Assembly (NCBI GenBank): GCA_964646765.1
Contig: CAZYIA010000001.1
Location: 341,621-405,620 of the forward strand
Reading direction: 5' to 3'
Length of the DNA: 64,000 nt
From: an uncultured Candidatus Saccharibacteria bacterium
GTDB taxonomy: Bacteria; Patescibacteriota; Minisyncoccia; Phycocordibacterales; UBA9973
A model generated the notes under the pieces. That model searched no databases and was not told the DNA's origin. It worked only from the letters and a program-made list of their open reading frames with translations. Both the position numbers and the translations under genes were made by a program. Below, piece by piece: positions 17,345-27,320 of the stretch. The first letter of the stretch is position 1. Every line of letters starts with the position of its first letter.

Positions 17345-18919
17345 ATGCAAAAATTCTTTTTGTATGCTCGCAAGTCAACCGATGTTGAAGATAAACAAGT
17401 GTTATCAATAGACGCTCAACTCACCGAATTGCGGGAGTTCGCCAAGAGAGAAAATTTAGTCATCGCCCGTGAGTTTATAGAAAAACAATCTGCTAAAATT
17501 CCAGGTCGTCCCGTTTTTAATGAAATGATGAAGTGTATTGAAAAGGGCGATGCAGATTGTATTCTCTCTTGGCATCCAGATCGTCTTGCCCGCAATTCAG
17601 TTGATGGTGGCAAGATTATTTACTTTTTAGACATCGGATTGCTTGCGAGCCTCAAATTCCCACAGTTTTGGTTTGAAAGTACGCCACAGGGCAAATTTAC
17701 GCTTTCTATGGCATTTGTACAAAGCAAATACTATGTAGATTCTCTTTCCGATAACACGAAAAGAGGACTTCGCCAAAAAGTACGCATGGGAATATTCCCA
17801 AGCCAAGCGCCAATCGGTTATATAAACGACAGTCGCACCAAAACGATTGTGGTAGAAAAGAAGAAAGCAAAAATCTTGCGCTTGGCTTTTGAACGATATG
17901 TGAAAGGAAATCAAAGGTTAGAGGATATCGCAACTTTTTTGGCAAAGAACGGAATATCTACGCGTTCCGGAAAGAGAATCTCAAAAACGAGAGTGGCTTT
18001 CATTTTGTCCAATCTGTTCTATGTCGGACTTTTTAACTATGCCGGTGAACTTCACGAGGGTAAGCACGAGCCAATCATTTCAAAGAAACTTTTTGATGAA
18101 GCACAGGAAATGCTGAAACTTCGTGGACAACCAGAGCGTAAACCACAAAATGAACCCCAATCTTTCTGCGGACTCATTTCCTGTGCCTCATGCGGGATGA
18201 TGATAACTGGCGAATACAAGGTGAAGAAACAGAAAAATGGCAATGTCCACAATTACACCTACTACCACTGCACGAAAAAACGCAAAGATATGAAATGTCC
18301 CGAACCTTGTATTCGGGAAGAAGAATTAGATCGCCAGTTATCATCTCTAATCAAAAAAGTTTCTTTGCCCAAAGACTGGGCGGAGGAATTGTTAAAAATG
18401 GCAGAAAACGAACATGGAAATTCCGCCCAGTCTTTGACTGCTTGTGTGAAAGAGAACGAAACAAAAATATCGGTCATTTCACAAAAGTTGGAGCGACTTC
18501 TTAATGGATATTTAGAGCAAGATATTGAAAAAGAAGTTTATCGCATAGAAAAAGCAAAACTTGTGTTGCAAAAGAAGTCGCTTGAAGAAGAAATGACCTC
18601 TCTTTCACACAAGCAGAATGATTGGCTCGAACCCTTTACCGAATGGGTGAAAGCCGCTCAATCATTGGACAAAATTGCTTCTGATGATGACCTTTTTGCA
18701 AAAAAGGTCAAAGCCAAAGAAATCTTTGGCTCGAACCTGCTTCTTGGCGAGAAAACAGTGCGCGTCGCCGAAGGCGACGCTCCAAATTCATTAGGAAAAA
18801 TCGGCGGGAATCCTTGGGACGCGCTTCGCGCGTCCCGCATTGGGGCTTCCAAAAAACCGATTAGTAAAATTCTGGTGCGCCGGGAAGGATTCGAACCTTC
18901 GCAGCCCGAAGGCGCTTGA
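17345..18919 (+). CDS. Large serine recombinase (resolvase/invertase catalytic domain, recombinase domain and zinc ribbon)
   Basis: Catalytic region YARKSTDVEDKQ..SIDAQ and W.PDRLARN. There is a Cys-rich zinc ribbon, CGLISCASCG...YYHCTKKRKDMKCPEPC. The 3' tail is encoded by IR2-R and runs antisense into tRNA-Tyr. Confidence 0.85.
   Translation: MQKFFLYARKSTDVEDKQVLSIDAQLTELREFAKRENLVIAREFIEKQSAKIPGRPVFNEMMKCIEKGDADCILSWHPDRLARNSVDGGKIIYFLDIGLLASLKFPQFWFESTPQGKFTLSMAFVQSKYYVDSLSDNTKRGLRQKVRMGIFPSQAPIGYINDSRTKTIVVEKKKAKILRLAFERYVKGNQRLEDIATFLAKNGISTRSGKRISKTRVAFILSNLFYVGLFNYAGELHEGKHEPIISKKLFDEAQEMLKLRGQPERKPQNEPQSFCGLISCASCGMMITGEYKVKKQKNGNVHNYTYYHCTKKRKDMKCPEPCIREEELDRQLSSLIKKVSLPKDWAEELLKMAENEHGNSAQSLTACVKENETKISVISQKLERLLNGYLEQDIEKEVYRIEKAKLVLQKKSLEEEMTSLSHKQNDWLEPFTEWVKAAQSLDKIASDDDLFAKKVKAKEIFGSNLLLGEKTVRVAEGDAPNSLGKIGGNPWDALRASRIGASKKPISKILVRREGFEPSQPEGA
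18733..18877. repeat. IR2-R, a 145-bp perfect inverted repeat
   Basis: It is the reverse complement of 17004..17148. It ends within the CACCA 3' end of tRNA-Tyr. Confidence 0.9.
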
Positions 18920-18958
18920 TTTACAGTCAAGTGCGATTGACCACTCCGCCACCGACGC
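18873..18958 (-). tRNA. tRNA-Tyr(GTA), type II, with CCA encoded
   Basis: Acceptor stem GCGTCGG/CCGGCGC. Anticodon stem CTTGA/TCAAG with loop CTGTAAA. There is a long variable arm. T-arm GAAGG-TTCGAAT-CCTTC. The 3' end is ACCA. Confidence 0.8.
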
Positions 18959-19120
18959 AACTTTGCGACATAAGGTCGCAATCCTCTCTAATGCTCGCCA
19001 CGCTGCGTCGGTGTCGGCCACCTTCGCTACGCTTCGGATAAAAACTGAAGCAGTCCAGTTTTTATCCACCGACGCAATAGAAAACTCTACTAGTATAGTC
19101 AAAAATCGCTTTTTGTCACG

Positions 19121-20314
19121 CTATCGAATGGTTCTTTGACTTTGGCTACTGCGTTGGTTAACTGAATACTTATACGGAATAAGAGTAACTGTTTTAGCGA
19201 TATCAGCCGTTAACTCGTCAACAAGTTGTCTGCCACCTGGAATATATGGATTAACTATATTTGAAGTAAAAATTGCAAAATATAGTGAACCATTCGTGGT
19301 ATTCATCACTCCTGCGGCTGTTTGCGCATGAAAAACATAGCCGGTTTTAACTACTAATGATGGTCCAATTCCCAAGAAACGGTTATGGACTGTTCCTGAG
19401 TCAATGGTTGGCACAACTAATACGTCTGGCAATGTTTTACCGAGAGCGACTAACTTTTTCTCTATATGCTTGAGCACTGAAAGCGTTAACCTGCATGACG
19501 TCGTCGTATCATGCGTTCCTGAACCAGTATCGAATGAAGCATCGTTTCCCATAGATCCGTATGTAGTTAGAAGATATTTGTGTAACGCCTCCTTACCACC
19601 CAACTTTGCAAACAGCGTATCAGCAATAACATTATTTGAGTAGTTATTCATTTCTTTAAGTAAGGTAAGTAGCGGAGATGATGAAAGCGTAAGACGAACC
19701 TTGGAAAGAGGGACAACAAGTGGACGATAACGGACTTTAATCGTGCGTTTAAAATACGCCTTAGCGTTGGTAGCAATCGTTGTTCCAATTAAGGTAGGAG
19801 AAGTTTGCCAATTAACAATCACATTACGATCAAAGACAATAGTCGTAAGAGATGACTTCTCAGTTTTTGTTAATCGAGAAAAAATAACCTTAAGATCAGC
19901 TTCAGAAAGTTCAGGATCACTTCCTCCCATAATACTCAGGACGCCCTTTGAGTAATACACCTTTGTTGTAAAACGATACTCTGGTGAATACATCGAAAGT
20001 GCCCAATCTGTAACGTAGAGTTTAGCAACTGAGGCAGGAATAGCGGGTAGAGCATCTTGAAATGAAGCAAGCAACACACCGTTTTGCTCAGCACAAAATA
20101 CCTGAGACGGTGGTGAAAAACCATACTCAGATATTGTGTTGAACATCTCGTGCTCAAGAGTATTTTCGGCAAACACGGAATGCGGAATGAGAAAAGTAAC
20201 TAGAAAAACAAGAACGAGGGAAAATCGAATACTAGCTATGAGCCATACTCTTATGGCTGATCTGGCTTGCGCCTTTTCGGCCACGGGCTTTTTTAAGTTC
20301 AATAAATAGCTCAT
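19121..20314 (-). CDS. Serine-type D-Ala-D-Ala carboxypeptidase / PBP4-like (S13/S11-like)
   Basis: An SxxK motif (PASVAKLY) follows an N-terminal membrane anchor. The annotated start overlaps the clpB 3' end, so the true start is uncertain. Confidence 0.45.
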   Translation of the reverse strand: MSYLLNLKKPVAEKAQARSAIRVWLIASIRFSLVLVFLVTFLIPHSVFAENTLEHEMFNTISEYGFSPPSQVFCAEQNGVLLASFQDALPAIPASVAKLYVTDWALSMYSPEYRFTTKVYYSKGVLSIMGGSDPELSEADLKVIFSRLTKTEKSSLTTIVFDRNVIVNWQTSPTLIGTTIATNAKAYFKRTIKVRYRPLVVPLSKVRLTLSSSPLLTLLKEMNNYSNNVIADTLFAKLGGKEALHKYLLTTYGSMGNDASFDTGSGTHDTTTSCRLTLSVLKHIEKKLVALGKTLPDVLVVPTIDSGTVHNRFLGIGPSLVVKTGYVFHAQTAAGVMNTTNGSLYFAIFTSNIVNPYIPGGRQLVDELTADIAKTVTLIPYKYSVNQRSSQSQRTIR

Positions 20315-22922
20315 GGTTTTTCATGGTTACCTGCACCATATCCCCTTTGCTAACACCCTTAGAGATAATGAAGGAAGCAACCGGATTCAAAATTTTATTT
20401 TGAATCAAACGATTGAGCGGTCGCGCACCATAATGAGGGTTGTATCCTTCTTTTGCGAGGTAATCGAGAGCTTCAGGAGAAAGTTCAAGTGTAATTCCCT
20501 TTCCAAGTAATCGTTCCCGAACTTGGGCAACACGAAGATCAACAATAGTACGAATAACAGTAGGCGTAAGAACATCGAAGGTAATGATTTCGTCGATACG
20601 GTTCAAAAATTCTGGGCGGAAGTGTTCTTTTAGGCTTTCAGATACTTTTTCTTTCACTCGAGCATAATCCTGTTCTGGGCTCTGGTTATTAGTGAATCCC
20701 ATTGCCTCCATTTTCTCAATAAATTGAGAACCAAGATTTGAAGTCATAATGATAACGGTATTCTTAAAGTTCACCACGCGGCCTTTGCCGTCAGTTAGCC
20801 GACCATCATCAAGAACCTGAAGTAACAGATTAAATACTTCTGGATGTGCCTTTTCAATTTCATCAAAGAGTACAACTGAATATGGACGATGGCGGATTGC
20901 TTCAGAGAGCTGACCACTTTCATCGTAACCAACATAGCCTGGCGGTGAGCCAACTAATTTGGAAACACTATGACGTTCCATGTATTCACTCATATCAACA
21001 CGCACGAGTGCTTTGTCATCATTAAACAAGAACTCAGCGAGGGCTTTGGTGAGCTCAGTTTTACCTACACCGGTTGGACCCAAGAAAATAAATGAACCAA
21101 TTGGACGATTTGGATCTGAAATTCCAGCTCGTGAGCGACGAATCACATCAGCCACTTTTTTAATAGCCTCATCCTGACCAACGACGCGCTTATTAAGCTC
21201 ATCTTCCATACGCTCAAGCTTAGCGCGTTCTTCTTCCATCATTCTCGTAAGAGGGATACCAGTCCAACGAGCAACAACAGAGGCAATATCTTCAGCGGTA
21301 ATTTCCTCTTTCAAAATGCGGCGAGACTTCTGGAGTTTTGAGAGTCGAGCAAGTTTCTGGTCGAGATCTTTCTGGAGTCCTGGAATTTTTCCGTAACGAA
21401 TTTCTGCCGCTCGCGCGAGATCAACGCGCATTTCTGCACTCTCTGCCTCAAGACGAGCTGCTTCGAGATCTTTCTTGATTTTACGAATATCCTCAACGAG
21501 AACTTTTTCATTTTGCCACTTGAGTTCAAGTTCTTTTGTTTTTTCGTGAAGGTTAGCAATTTCAGCATCGAGCTCTTTGATGCGCTCTTTGGTTTCCTTA
21601 TCGTTGTGGTGCGCTTCAAGATCTTTTTTCAGCGCCTGCTTTTCAATTTCAAAGCGCATAATCTTTCGGTGTGCTTCTTCAAGGGGCTGTGGTTTATTCT
21701 CGAGGTTAATACGAAGTGCTGAAGCTGCTTCATCAATGAGATCAACCGCCTTATCCGGTAAGAAGCGATTAGTGATGTACCGAGTTGAAAGATTTACAGC
21801 AGCAACAATAGCATCGTCAGTAATGCGAACACCGTGATAGAGCTCGTACTTTTCTTTGAGTCCTCGCAGTACAGCAATAGCGTCTTCTATTCCTGGTTCA
21901 TCAACATACACTGGCTGAAAACGACGTGCCAGCGCAGGATCTTTTTCAATATGCTTTTGGTATTCCTTGAGCGTGGTTGCACCAATTGCTCGAAGTTCTC
22001 CACGAGCAAGAGCTGGCTTTAACATATTGGAAGCATCAAGCGAACCTTCGGAAGCACCTGCCCCAACAAGAGTATGAATTTCGTCAACGAAGAGAATAAC
22101 TTTGTTATCTGAGCGCTCAATTTCTTTCATAATAGCTTTCAAGCGCTCTTCAAATTCACCACGATACTTTGTCCCCGCAACCAAGAGACCAAGGTCAAGA
22201 GAAACGATTTCTTTATCTTTGAGCGATTCTGGAACATCTGCTTTTGCGATGCGCTGAGCCAGTCCTTCAACAACCGCCGTTTTCCCCGTTCCCGCTTCTC
22301 CGATGAGAATTGGATTGTTTTTTGTACGACGAGAAAGAATTTGCATGATGCGCATAATCTCACTATCGCGGCCAATAACCGGATCGAGTTTATCTTCACG
22401 AGCGAGGGCAGTGAGATTACGAGTATACTTTGAAAGGTTGCGAGTCTTTTTCACTGAGCTCGTATCGGAAATATTCTGACTACGGAATTCTTCAATAACT
22501 TTTACTACAGCATCACGAGTGATGCGGAATCGAGTAAGGAGTTCACGAGCTTCTGACGGCACTTCTAACAACGCCACAAAGAGGTGTTCGGTCGAAACAA
22601 ACTCATCTTTCATATGAGCTGTAATTTTGCTCGAAAGTTCAATAACCTGTGCCAAGTCAGGTGTCAGGTAAATCTGATACGATGGCGACATCGTTGATTT
22701 AGCTTCGGGAGCTTCAATAACCTCTAAAATACCGTCAGTTAAAAGTGCAGTATCAATTTCAAGGTTATCGAGAATTGAAACAACCATCGATTCTTCCTGG
22801 AGAACCAAGGCGGCTAAGAGATGTACCGAATTCACGTGGTTTTGGCCGCGCTCGATAGCAAGCTCGTGGCTTTTACGAATAGCTTCTTTGGCTTTAGTTG
22901 TGAAATTGCTGAATTGAGGCAT
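20232..22922 (-). CDS. clpB: ATP-dependent chaperone ClpB
   Basis: A Clp_N domain, two AAA+ modules (GEAGTGKT and GPTGVGKT) and a long coiled-coil middle domain. The start was set at MPQFSNF. Confidence 0.85.
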   Translation of the reverse strand: MPQFSNFTTKAKEAIRKSHELAIERGQNHVNSVHLLAALVLQEESMVVSILDNLEIDTALLTDGILEVIEAPEAKSTMSPSYQIYLTPDLAQVIELSSKITAHMKDEFVSTEHLFVALLEVPSEARELLTRFRITRDAVVKVIEEFRSQNISDTSSVKKTRNLSKYTRNLTALAREDKLDPVIGRDSEIMRIMQILSRRTKNNPILIGEAGTGKTAVVEGLAQRIAKADVPESLKDKEIVSLDLGLLVAGTKYRGEFEERLKAIMKEIERSDNKVILFVDEIHTLVGAGASEGSLDASNMLKPALARGELRAIGATTLKEYQKHIEKDPALARRFQPVYVDEPGIEDAIAVLRGLKEKYELYHGVRITDDAIVAAVNLSTRYITNRFLPDKAVDLIDEAASALRINLENKPQPLEEAHRKIMRFEIEKQALKKDLEAHHNDKETKERIKELDAEIANLHEKTKELELKWQNEKVLVEDIRKIKKDLEAARLEAESAEMRVDLARAAEIRYGKIPGLQKDLDQKLARLSKLQKSRRILKEEITAEDIASVVARWTGIPLTRMMEEERAKLERMEDELNKRVVGQDEAIKKVADVIRRSRAGISDPNRPIGSFIFLGPTGVGKTELTKALAEFLFNDDKALVRVDMSEYMERHSVSKLVGSPPGYVGYDESGQLSEAIRHRPYSVVLFDEIEKAHPEVFNLLLQVLDDGRLTDGKGRVVNFKNTVIIMTSNLGSQFIEKMEAMGFTNNQSPEQDYARVKEKVSESLKEHFRPEFLNRIDEIITFDVLTPTVIRTIVDLRVAQVRERLLGKGITLELSPEALDYLAKEGYNPHYGARPLNRLIQNKILNPVASFIISKGVSKGDMVQVTMKNHELFIELKKARGRKGASQISHKSMAHS

Positions 22923-22936
22923 ATGTATAGTATACA

Positions 22937-24148
22937 CTACCGTGCAAGTCCTTCTTCATGAAGAAGAGCACGTATATCTTCTAGAGCTTTGAGAGTACCT
23001 ATAATGTCGTTTTTTGTTGTTGTTCGTCCGAGAGAAAATCGAATGCCGCCACTTCTCCCGCCATCTTTTTTTCCTAAAGCTCCTATAACATGAGACGGTT
23101 CCTCACTCTCGCTCTTACAAGCACTTTTTTCGGAAACGGAAATTCCACGAGCATCAAGGTAGAGCATGAGCGTTTCACTTTCTAATCCAGGAAAGGTCAC
23201 ATGCACGTTATTGGGTAGTCGCTCATCCTGTGAACCATTTATTTCAATATCAGGAAATAGTGCTTTTAATTTTGTAAAGAAAAATGTTTGCAGTTTACGT
23301 AAACGTTGTACTTCTTTCTCTTTCATTTTTTGGGTAATCGTTAGTGCTTCAGAAAACGCCACACTTCCAGCAACATTTTCGGTGCCAGGCCGACGATTCC
23401 CTTCTTGTAGTCCTCCATGAAAGAGTGAACCGAAAGCCACAGACTTAGAAACAAAAAGTGCTCCGGTTCCTTTGGGGCCATATATTTTTGAACCGTTGAG
23501 TGTCATGAGATCTACTCCTAGTGACGGCACGCGAAGTGAGAGATAATTTGCCGCCTGTGTTGCGTCAGTATGAAAATATGGCCACAACGGGTGCACTTTC
23601 TCTGTGTGCATCTTTCTAAAGTGGCGAATACTTTTTGCAAGTTCGCGAATTGGCTGCACGGTACCAATCTCATTGTTAGCATACATAATAGAAACTAAAA
23701 CAGTTTCTGGGCGAAGTAATTTTTTAAATGCGTCTATATCTATAATGCCTTGAGAAGTTACTGGCGCATAGGAAACCGTAGCTATACCTTCTTTTTCGAG
23801 TGCTTTCGCTGTCTCAATAATAGCTGCATGTTCAATGGCCGAAACAATGATGTGCGGTTTTGCCCCCTTTAGGTAACTTTGAACACTTGGATCTCGGAGC
23901 ACTCCAAGTACCGCTAAGTTATCACCTTCAGTACCTCCTGAAGTAAAAACAATTTCATGCGGCAATACTTCAAGTACCTGAGCTACTCTAATCCGAGCTT
24001 CTTCGAGAGCTTGCTTTGCGACAACTCCCCCCTTATGTAGTGCACTCGGATTGGCCCAATAGACCTTAGCGGTTTTGGTATATACGGTAAGCACTCTCGG
24101 ATCAATCGGGGTAGCGGAAGCAAAATCTAAATAAATCGATTTTCTCAT
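22937..24148 (-). CDS. Cysteine desulfurase (NifS/IscS class V aminotransferase)
   Basis: SGGTEGDN, and an [17 protein letters not shown] segment containing the putative Lys that binds PLP. Confidence 0.8.
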   Translation of the reverse strand: MRKSIYLDFASATPIDPRVLTVYTKTAKVYWANPSALHKGGVVAKQALEEARIRVAQVLEVLPHEIVFTSGGTEGDNLAVLGVLRDPSVQSYLKGAKPHIIVSAIEHAAIIETAKALEKEGIATVSYAPVTSQGIIDIDAFKKLLRPETVLVSIMYANNEIGTVQPIRELAKSIRHFRKMHTEKVHPLWPYFHTDATQAANYLSLRVPSLGVDLMTLNGSKIYGPKGTGALFVSKSVAFGSLFHGGLQEGNRRPGTENVAGSVAFSEALTITQKMKEKEVQRLRKLQTFFFTKLKALFPDIEINGSQDERLPNNVHVTFPGLESETLMLYLDARGISVSEKSACKSESEEPSHVIGALGKKDGGRSGGIRFSLGRTTTKNDIIGTLKALEDIRALLHEEGLAR

Positions 24149-24231
24149 AAGTTCTTACGTTATAACTTGATTACCGAAATAACGCAAAAGCCGTGCAAAA
24201 TAGGGCTTTTTAGTGTATACTCGCCTCCTGT

Positions 24232-24684
24232 ATGGATACTACTCTTATCATCGAAATTGTTTTGGCCATTCTCATTCTTGTCGCCCTTATTTGGCTGATT
24301 CGTGTTGAGCAACGTCTTTCTCGTCTCTTCCGTGGAAGTAAAGCCGAAAGTCTTGAGGGACATTTTTCAGCACTTACGGAACAAGTGGAGAAACTAACTG
24401 ATGCTGAACGTGAACTCTTTGACCGACTCAACAAAACAGATGCTCGATTAAAGAAAAGTATCCGCAACATCGAAACCATTCGTTTCAATCCATTTCCGGG
24501 TGAAGGCAGTAACCAAAGTTTTGCTGCTGCATTAGTAAACGATGAAGGAAACGGTATTGTGTTCTCCAGCTTATATTCTCGGGAGCGTATGAGTGTATTT
24601 GCCAAGCCAATCCAAGGTGGAAAATCAGAGCACGAATTAACCGAAGAAGAACTTGAGGTTCTTTCTCGCGCACAAAATGTATGA
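24232..24684 (+). CDS. Membrane-anchored hypothetical protein (DUF4446-like)
   Basis: N-terminal TM helix followed by a coiled-coil. Its stop overlaps the infB start. Confidence 0.4.
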   Translation: MDTTLIIEIVLAILILVALIWLIRVEQRLSRLFRGSKAESLEGHFSALTEQVEKLTDAERELFDRLNKTDARLKKSIRNIETIRFNPFPGEGSNQSFAAALVNDEGNGIVFSSLYSRERMSVFAKPIQGGKSEHELTEEELEVLSRAQNV

Positions 24685-26186
24685 CCGACAAAAAACACAA
24701 CAAAATACCAAGACCGCCGGTAGTGGTTGTGATGGGTCATATCGACCATGGTAAAAGCACACTCTTAGACTATATCCGTAAAACAAACGTCGTTGCCGGT
24801 GAAGCTGGCGGCATTACGCAGCATATTGCTGCCTATGAAGTGCCTCATAAAGACGAGCATGGTGAACTTCGAAAAATAACTTTCCTTGATACTCCTGGGC
24901 ACGAAGCATTTTCAAAAATGCGAGCTCGTGGCGCAAATGCTGGCGACATCGCTATTTTGGTTGTCTCCGCTGAAGACTCAGTAAAAGCTCAAACTATTGA
25001 AGCTTGGGAAACTATCCAAAAAGCAAAACTACCAGTTGTTGTTGCTATCAATAAAATTGATAAGCCAAACGCAAACGTAGAAAAGACAAAGATTGATCTT
25101 GCCGAAAAAGGAATCTACCTCGAAGGCTACGGCGGGGATATTCCTTTTGCTCCAATTTCTGCCAAAGCGGGTACTGGGGTTGATGAACTGCTCTCGCTCA
25201 TTCTCTTGGTAGCTGAACTCAACGAATTTACTGGTGATCCAACTATGGCAGCAGAAGGTTTCGTCATCGAAAGTAAACTTGATCCAAAGCGTGGTATTTC
25301 TGCCACACTTATTATCAAAAATGGAACGCTTTCGAAAGGTGACTATATTGTTGCGGAAAATGCCATGGTTGGTACCCGCATTTTAGAAAACTTCCTTGGA
25401 AAAGCAATCGAGAGCGCAACGTTCTCTTCTCCAATTCAAGTTGTCGGATTTGATAAAGAACCCACTGTCGGTAGTATTTTTGTTAGTTGTGGAACCAAGA
25501 AAGAAGCGGAAGCTTCATGTCGTGCAAATCTCGCTGAATCGCGCCAAAAGGAAATGAGTGAAGAAAGTATTGATGCGAGCGCCGCGGTTGTTCCCCTTGT
25601 TATTAAAACTGATGTTGCTGGAAGTGGTGAAGCGATTGTTTCAGAAATCAAAAAATTAGAACTGCCAACACTTAAGTGGAAAGTGATTAGTACTGGAGTT
25701 GGTGCCATTTCTGAGGCTGACATGAAACTCGCTCAAGCCGACCCAAACACCATCATCATTGCTTTTAACGTAGGCCAAGATGCTCGTGCTCGTGATATTG
25801 CTGAAAAGAGTGCGATTCCTATTAATACGTTTAATATTATCTACAAGCTCTCAGATTTTCTTAAAGAAGAAGCTGAGAAGCGTCGCCCTCGAGTTACCAC
25901 CCTTGAAACAACTGGTATAGCTAAAGTGCTAAAAATTTTCGCTGTCACGCGAGATCGCCAAGTGGCTGGTGGTAAAGTAACCACGGGATCAATGACACAA
26001 GGAGCCATCGTTCATATTAAACGTGGCGAAACAGAAATGGGTAAAGGAAAACTTATTGAAGTGCAGCAGAATAAGGAAAAGGTAAAAAGTGTTGAATCCG
26101 GGAAAGAATTCGGTTTCGCCCTTGAATCATCTATCGAAATTACCCCTGGAGACACATTAGAAATAATTACCGAAACGGTACGTTAA
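24681..26186 (+). CDS. infB: Translation initiation factor IF-2, short form
   Basis: G-domain motifs [20 protein letters not shown] and NKID, plus the C-terminal IF-2 fold. It is only 501 aa. Confidence 0.85.
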   Translation: MTDKKHNKIPRPPVVVVMGHIDHGKSTLLDYIRKTNVVAGEAGGITQHIAAYEVPHKDEHGELRKITFLDTPGHEAFSKMRARGANAGDIAILVVSAEDSVKAQTIEAWETIQKAKLPVVVAINKIDKPNANVEKTKIDLAEKGIYLEGYGGDIPFAPISAKAGTGVDELLSLILLVAELNEFTGDPTMAAEGFVIESKLDPKRGISATLIIKNGTLSKGDYIVAENAMVGTRILENFLGKAIESATFSSPIQVVGFDKEPTVGSIFVSCGTKKEAEASCRANLAESRQKEMSEESIDASAAVVPLVIKTDVAGSGEAIVSEIKKLELPTLKWKVISTGVGAISEADMKLAQADPNTIIIAFNVGQDARARDIAEKSAIPINTFNIIYKLSDFLKEEAEKRRPRVTTLETTGIAKVLKIFAVTRDRQVAGGKVTTGSMTQGAIVHIKRGETEMGKGKLIEVQQNKEKVKSVESGKEFGFALESSIEITPGDTLEIITETVR

Positions 26187-26189
26187 ACC

Positions 26190-26513
26190 ATGATAGACAA
26201 TGAAAGAAATGAAAAAATGACCGAGATTATTAAACGAGGCGCAGCTAGTTTTTTTGAACGCGAAAGCAATCGCGATGCTCTTGTTTCAGTAACCAACGTG
26301 ATGCTTACTCCCGACGGTAAGCGAGCTATGATTTACCTCTCTGTAATGCCAGAAACAAAAGAGGCAGGAGTGTTGGATTTTGCCAAGCGAAAACGAGGCG
26401 AGCTGCGAGAATATTTATTCAAACAAGTCCGTGCGCGTTCCCTTCCCTTCCTTGACGTTGCGATAGATCTTGGTGAAAAAAATAGACAGCAATTAGATAG
26501 CATATTAAGATAG
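26190..26513 (+). CDS. rbfA: Ribosome-binding factor A
   Basis: It has the size and position of rbfA, lying directly downstream of infB, and the sequence is RbfA-like. Confidence 0.6.
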   Translation: MIDNERNEKMTEIIKRGAASFFERESNRDALVSVTNVMLTPDGKRAMIYLSVMPETKEAGVLDFAKRKRGELREYLFKQVRARSLPFLDVAIDLGEKNRQQLDSILR

Positions 26514-26541
26514 CTGGAGTTCGAGAAAGTTAAATTAATAC

Positions 26542-26613
26542 GGCCTAGTCGCCAAGTGGTAAGGCAAGGGTCTGCAAAACCCTTATACGGCGGTTCGATT
26601 CCGCCCTAGGCCT
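26542..26613 (+). tRNA. tRNA-Cys(GCA)
   Basis: Acceptor stem GGCCTAG/CTAGGCC. Anticodon stem AGGGT/ACCCT with loop CTGCAAA. T-arm GGCGG-TTCGATT-CCGCC. Confidence 0.8.
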
Positions 26614-26620
26614 CAACAAC

Positions 26621-26655
26621 AAAAAACAACTAGAGAATACCTCTAGTTGTTTTTT
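26621..26655. terminator. Bidirectional intrinsic terminator between convergent tRNA genes
   Basis: AAAAAACAACTAGAG-AATAC-CTCTAGTTGTTTTTT. Confidence 0.65.
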
Positions 26656-26659
26656 GTTG

Positions 26660-26741
26660 TGCCGGGGAGAGGACTTGAACCTCCATGCCTTGCGGCGCTT
26701 GCTCCTAAGGCAAGTGCGTCTGCCAATTTCGCCACCCCGGC
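26660..26741 (-). tRNA. tRNA-Leu(TAG), type II
   Basis: Acceptor stem GCCGGGG/CCCCGGC. Anticodon stem CTTGC/GCAAG with loop CTTAGGA. There is a long variable arm. T-arm GGAGG-TTCAAGT-CCTCT. Confidence 0.8.
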
Positions 26742-26761
26742 AAATTCTATTTAGTTTTGTG

Positions 26762-26842
26762 CCCAGGGCGGGAGTCGAACCCGCACGGCATTGCTGCCTG
26801 GGGATTTTAAGTCCCCTATGTCTACCAATTCCATCACCCGGG
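26762..26842 (-). tRNA. tRNA-Leu(TAA), type II
   Basis: Acceptor stem GCCCGGG/CCTGGGC. Anticodon stem GGGGA/TCCCC with loop CTTAAAA. T-arm GCGGG-TTCGACT-CCCGC. Confidence 0.8.
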
Positions 26843-26870
26843 CAAGAAGTTTTATTCTAGCAAAAAAATA

Positions 26871-27035
26871 AAATGCGAGGGATCTCCCTCGCCTCTCACT
26901 GTGCCGTCGCACAGTTCGGGCTGGACACCGCCTCACGATTTGCTCTGCTGAGCAAATATCGCTCCGGCGTTCGATCCCTACTCGCACGCCACGCAGGTGG
27001 CGTGCTTGGGCAGGACAAAGAGCGCTTCGCGATTT
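26871..27035 (+). other. Copy 2 of the duplicated structured element. It extends into a hairpin-rich segment that abuts tRNA-Lys.
   Basis: It is about 85% identical to 13227..13345 over roughly 95 nt. There are compensatory changes in two hairpins. The motif GTTCGATCCCTAC is identical to the T-loop and stem of the adjacent tRNA-Lys but in inverted orientation. Read on the minus strand, it ends in GCGAGGGA-GATC-TCCCTCGC followed by a T-tract. Confidence 0.4.
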
Positions 27036-27108
27036 GTCCGCCCAGTAGGGATCGAACCTACGACCGTACGCTTAAGAGGCGTCTGCTCTACCAACTGAGC
27101 TATGGGCG
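27036..27108 (-). tRNA. tRNA-Lys(CTT)
   Basis: D-arm GCTC-AGTTGGTA-GAGC. Anticodon loop CTCTTAA. T-arm GTAGG-TTCGATC-CCTAC. Acceptor stem CCGCCCA/TGGGCGG, with C1:G72 and a G27.A43 mismatch. Confidence 0.7.
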
Positions 27109-27170
27109 GATGTATCTAAATACAGGAGAGACTCTAACAAAAATACCCTTATTTTTCAATACTTATTTAC

Positions 27171-27199
27171 TTGACTTTAGTCAAATTTTAGGGTATAAT
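27171..27199 (+). promoter_or_regulatory. Consensus sigma-70-type promoter
   Basis: TTGACT, then a 17-nt spacer, then TATAAT. It lies about 120 bp upstream of the ORF at 27321. Confidence 0.5.
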
Positions 27200-27320
27200 T
27201 TTATAGATTTCCTTGAAAAAGGAGTATTTCCTCCGCTCCCTTCAAAAACTCAGTTTTTGGGAAGAGTGGAGGCAATACAACTCTATAAACTTAAATTACT
27301 AACCAAAACAAATAATTGTT

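Larger units (their letters stand above)
14543..18890. mobile_element. Putative integrated, invertible element at the tRNA-Tyr 3' end. It comprises the IR1 cassette plus the IR2-flanked serine recombinase.
   Basis: The recombinase abuts the tRNA. There is a 15-bp direct repeat of the tRNA 3' end at the distal boundary. There are nested perfect inverted repeats. Confidence 0.45.

Noticed and set aside
18658-19139. ORFs 18658..18981(-), 18791..19102(-) and 18840..19139(+)
   Set aside because: They overlap tRNA-Tyr and its flanks. They have no coding signal.
19936-20172. Small ORFs inside the carboxypeptidase and ClpB genes (for example 19404..19643 and 21513..21837)
   Set aside because: They are embedded in alternative frames or antisense of well-supported conserved genes.
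26871-27035. Assigning the duplicated element to tmRNA, SRP RNA, 6S RNA or RNase P RNA
   Set aside because: The hallmark motifs are missing. There is no GGGG..GAUUCGACG tRNA-like 5' end or tag ORF, no SRP helix-8 GGAA/AGCAGC motif, and no P4 sequences. The length, about 100-190 nt, is wrong for RNase P. It is left as unclassified.
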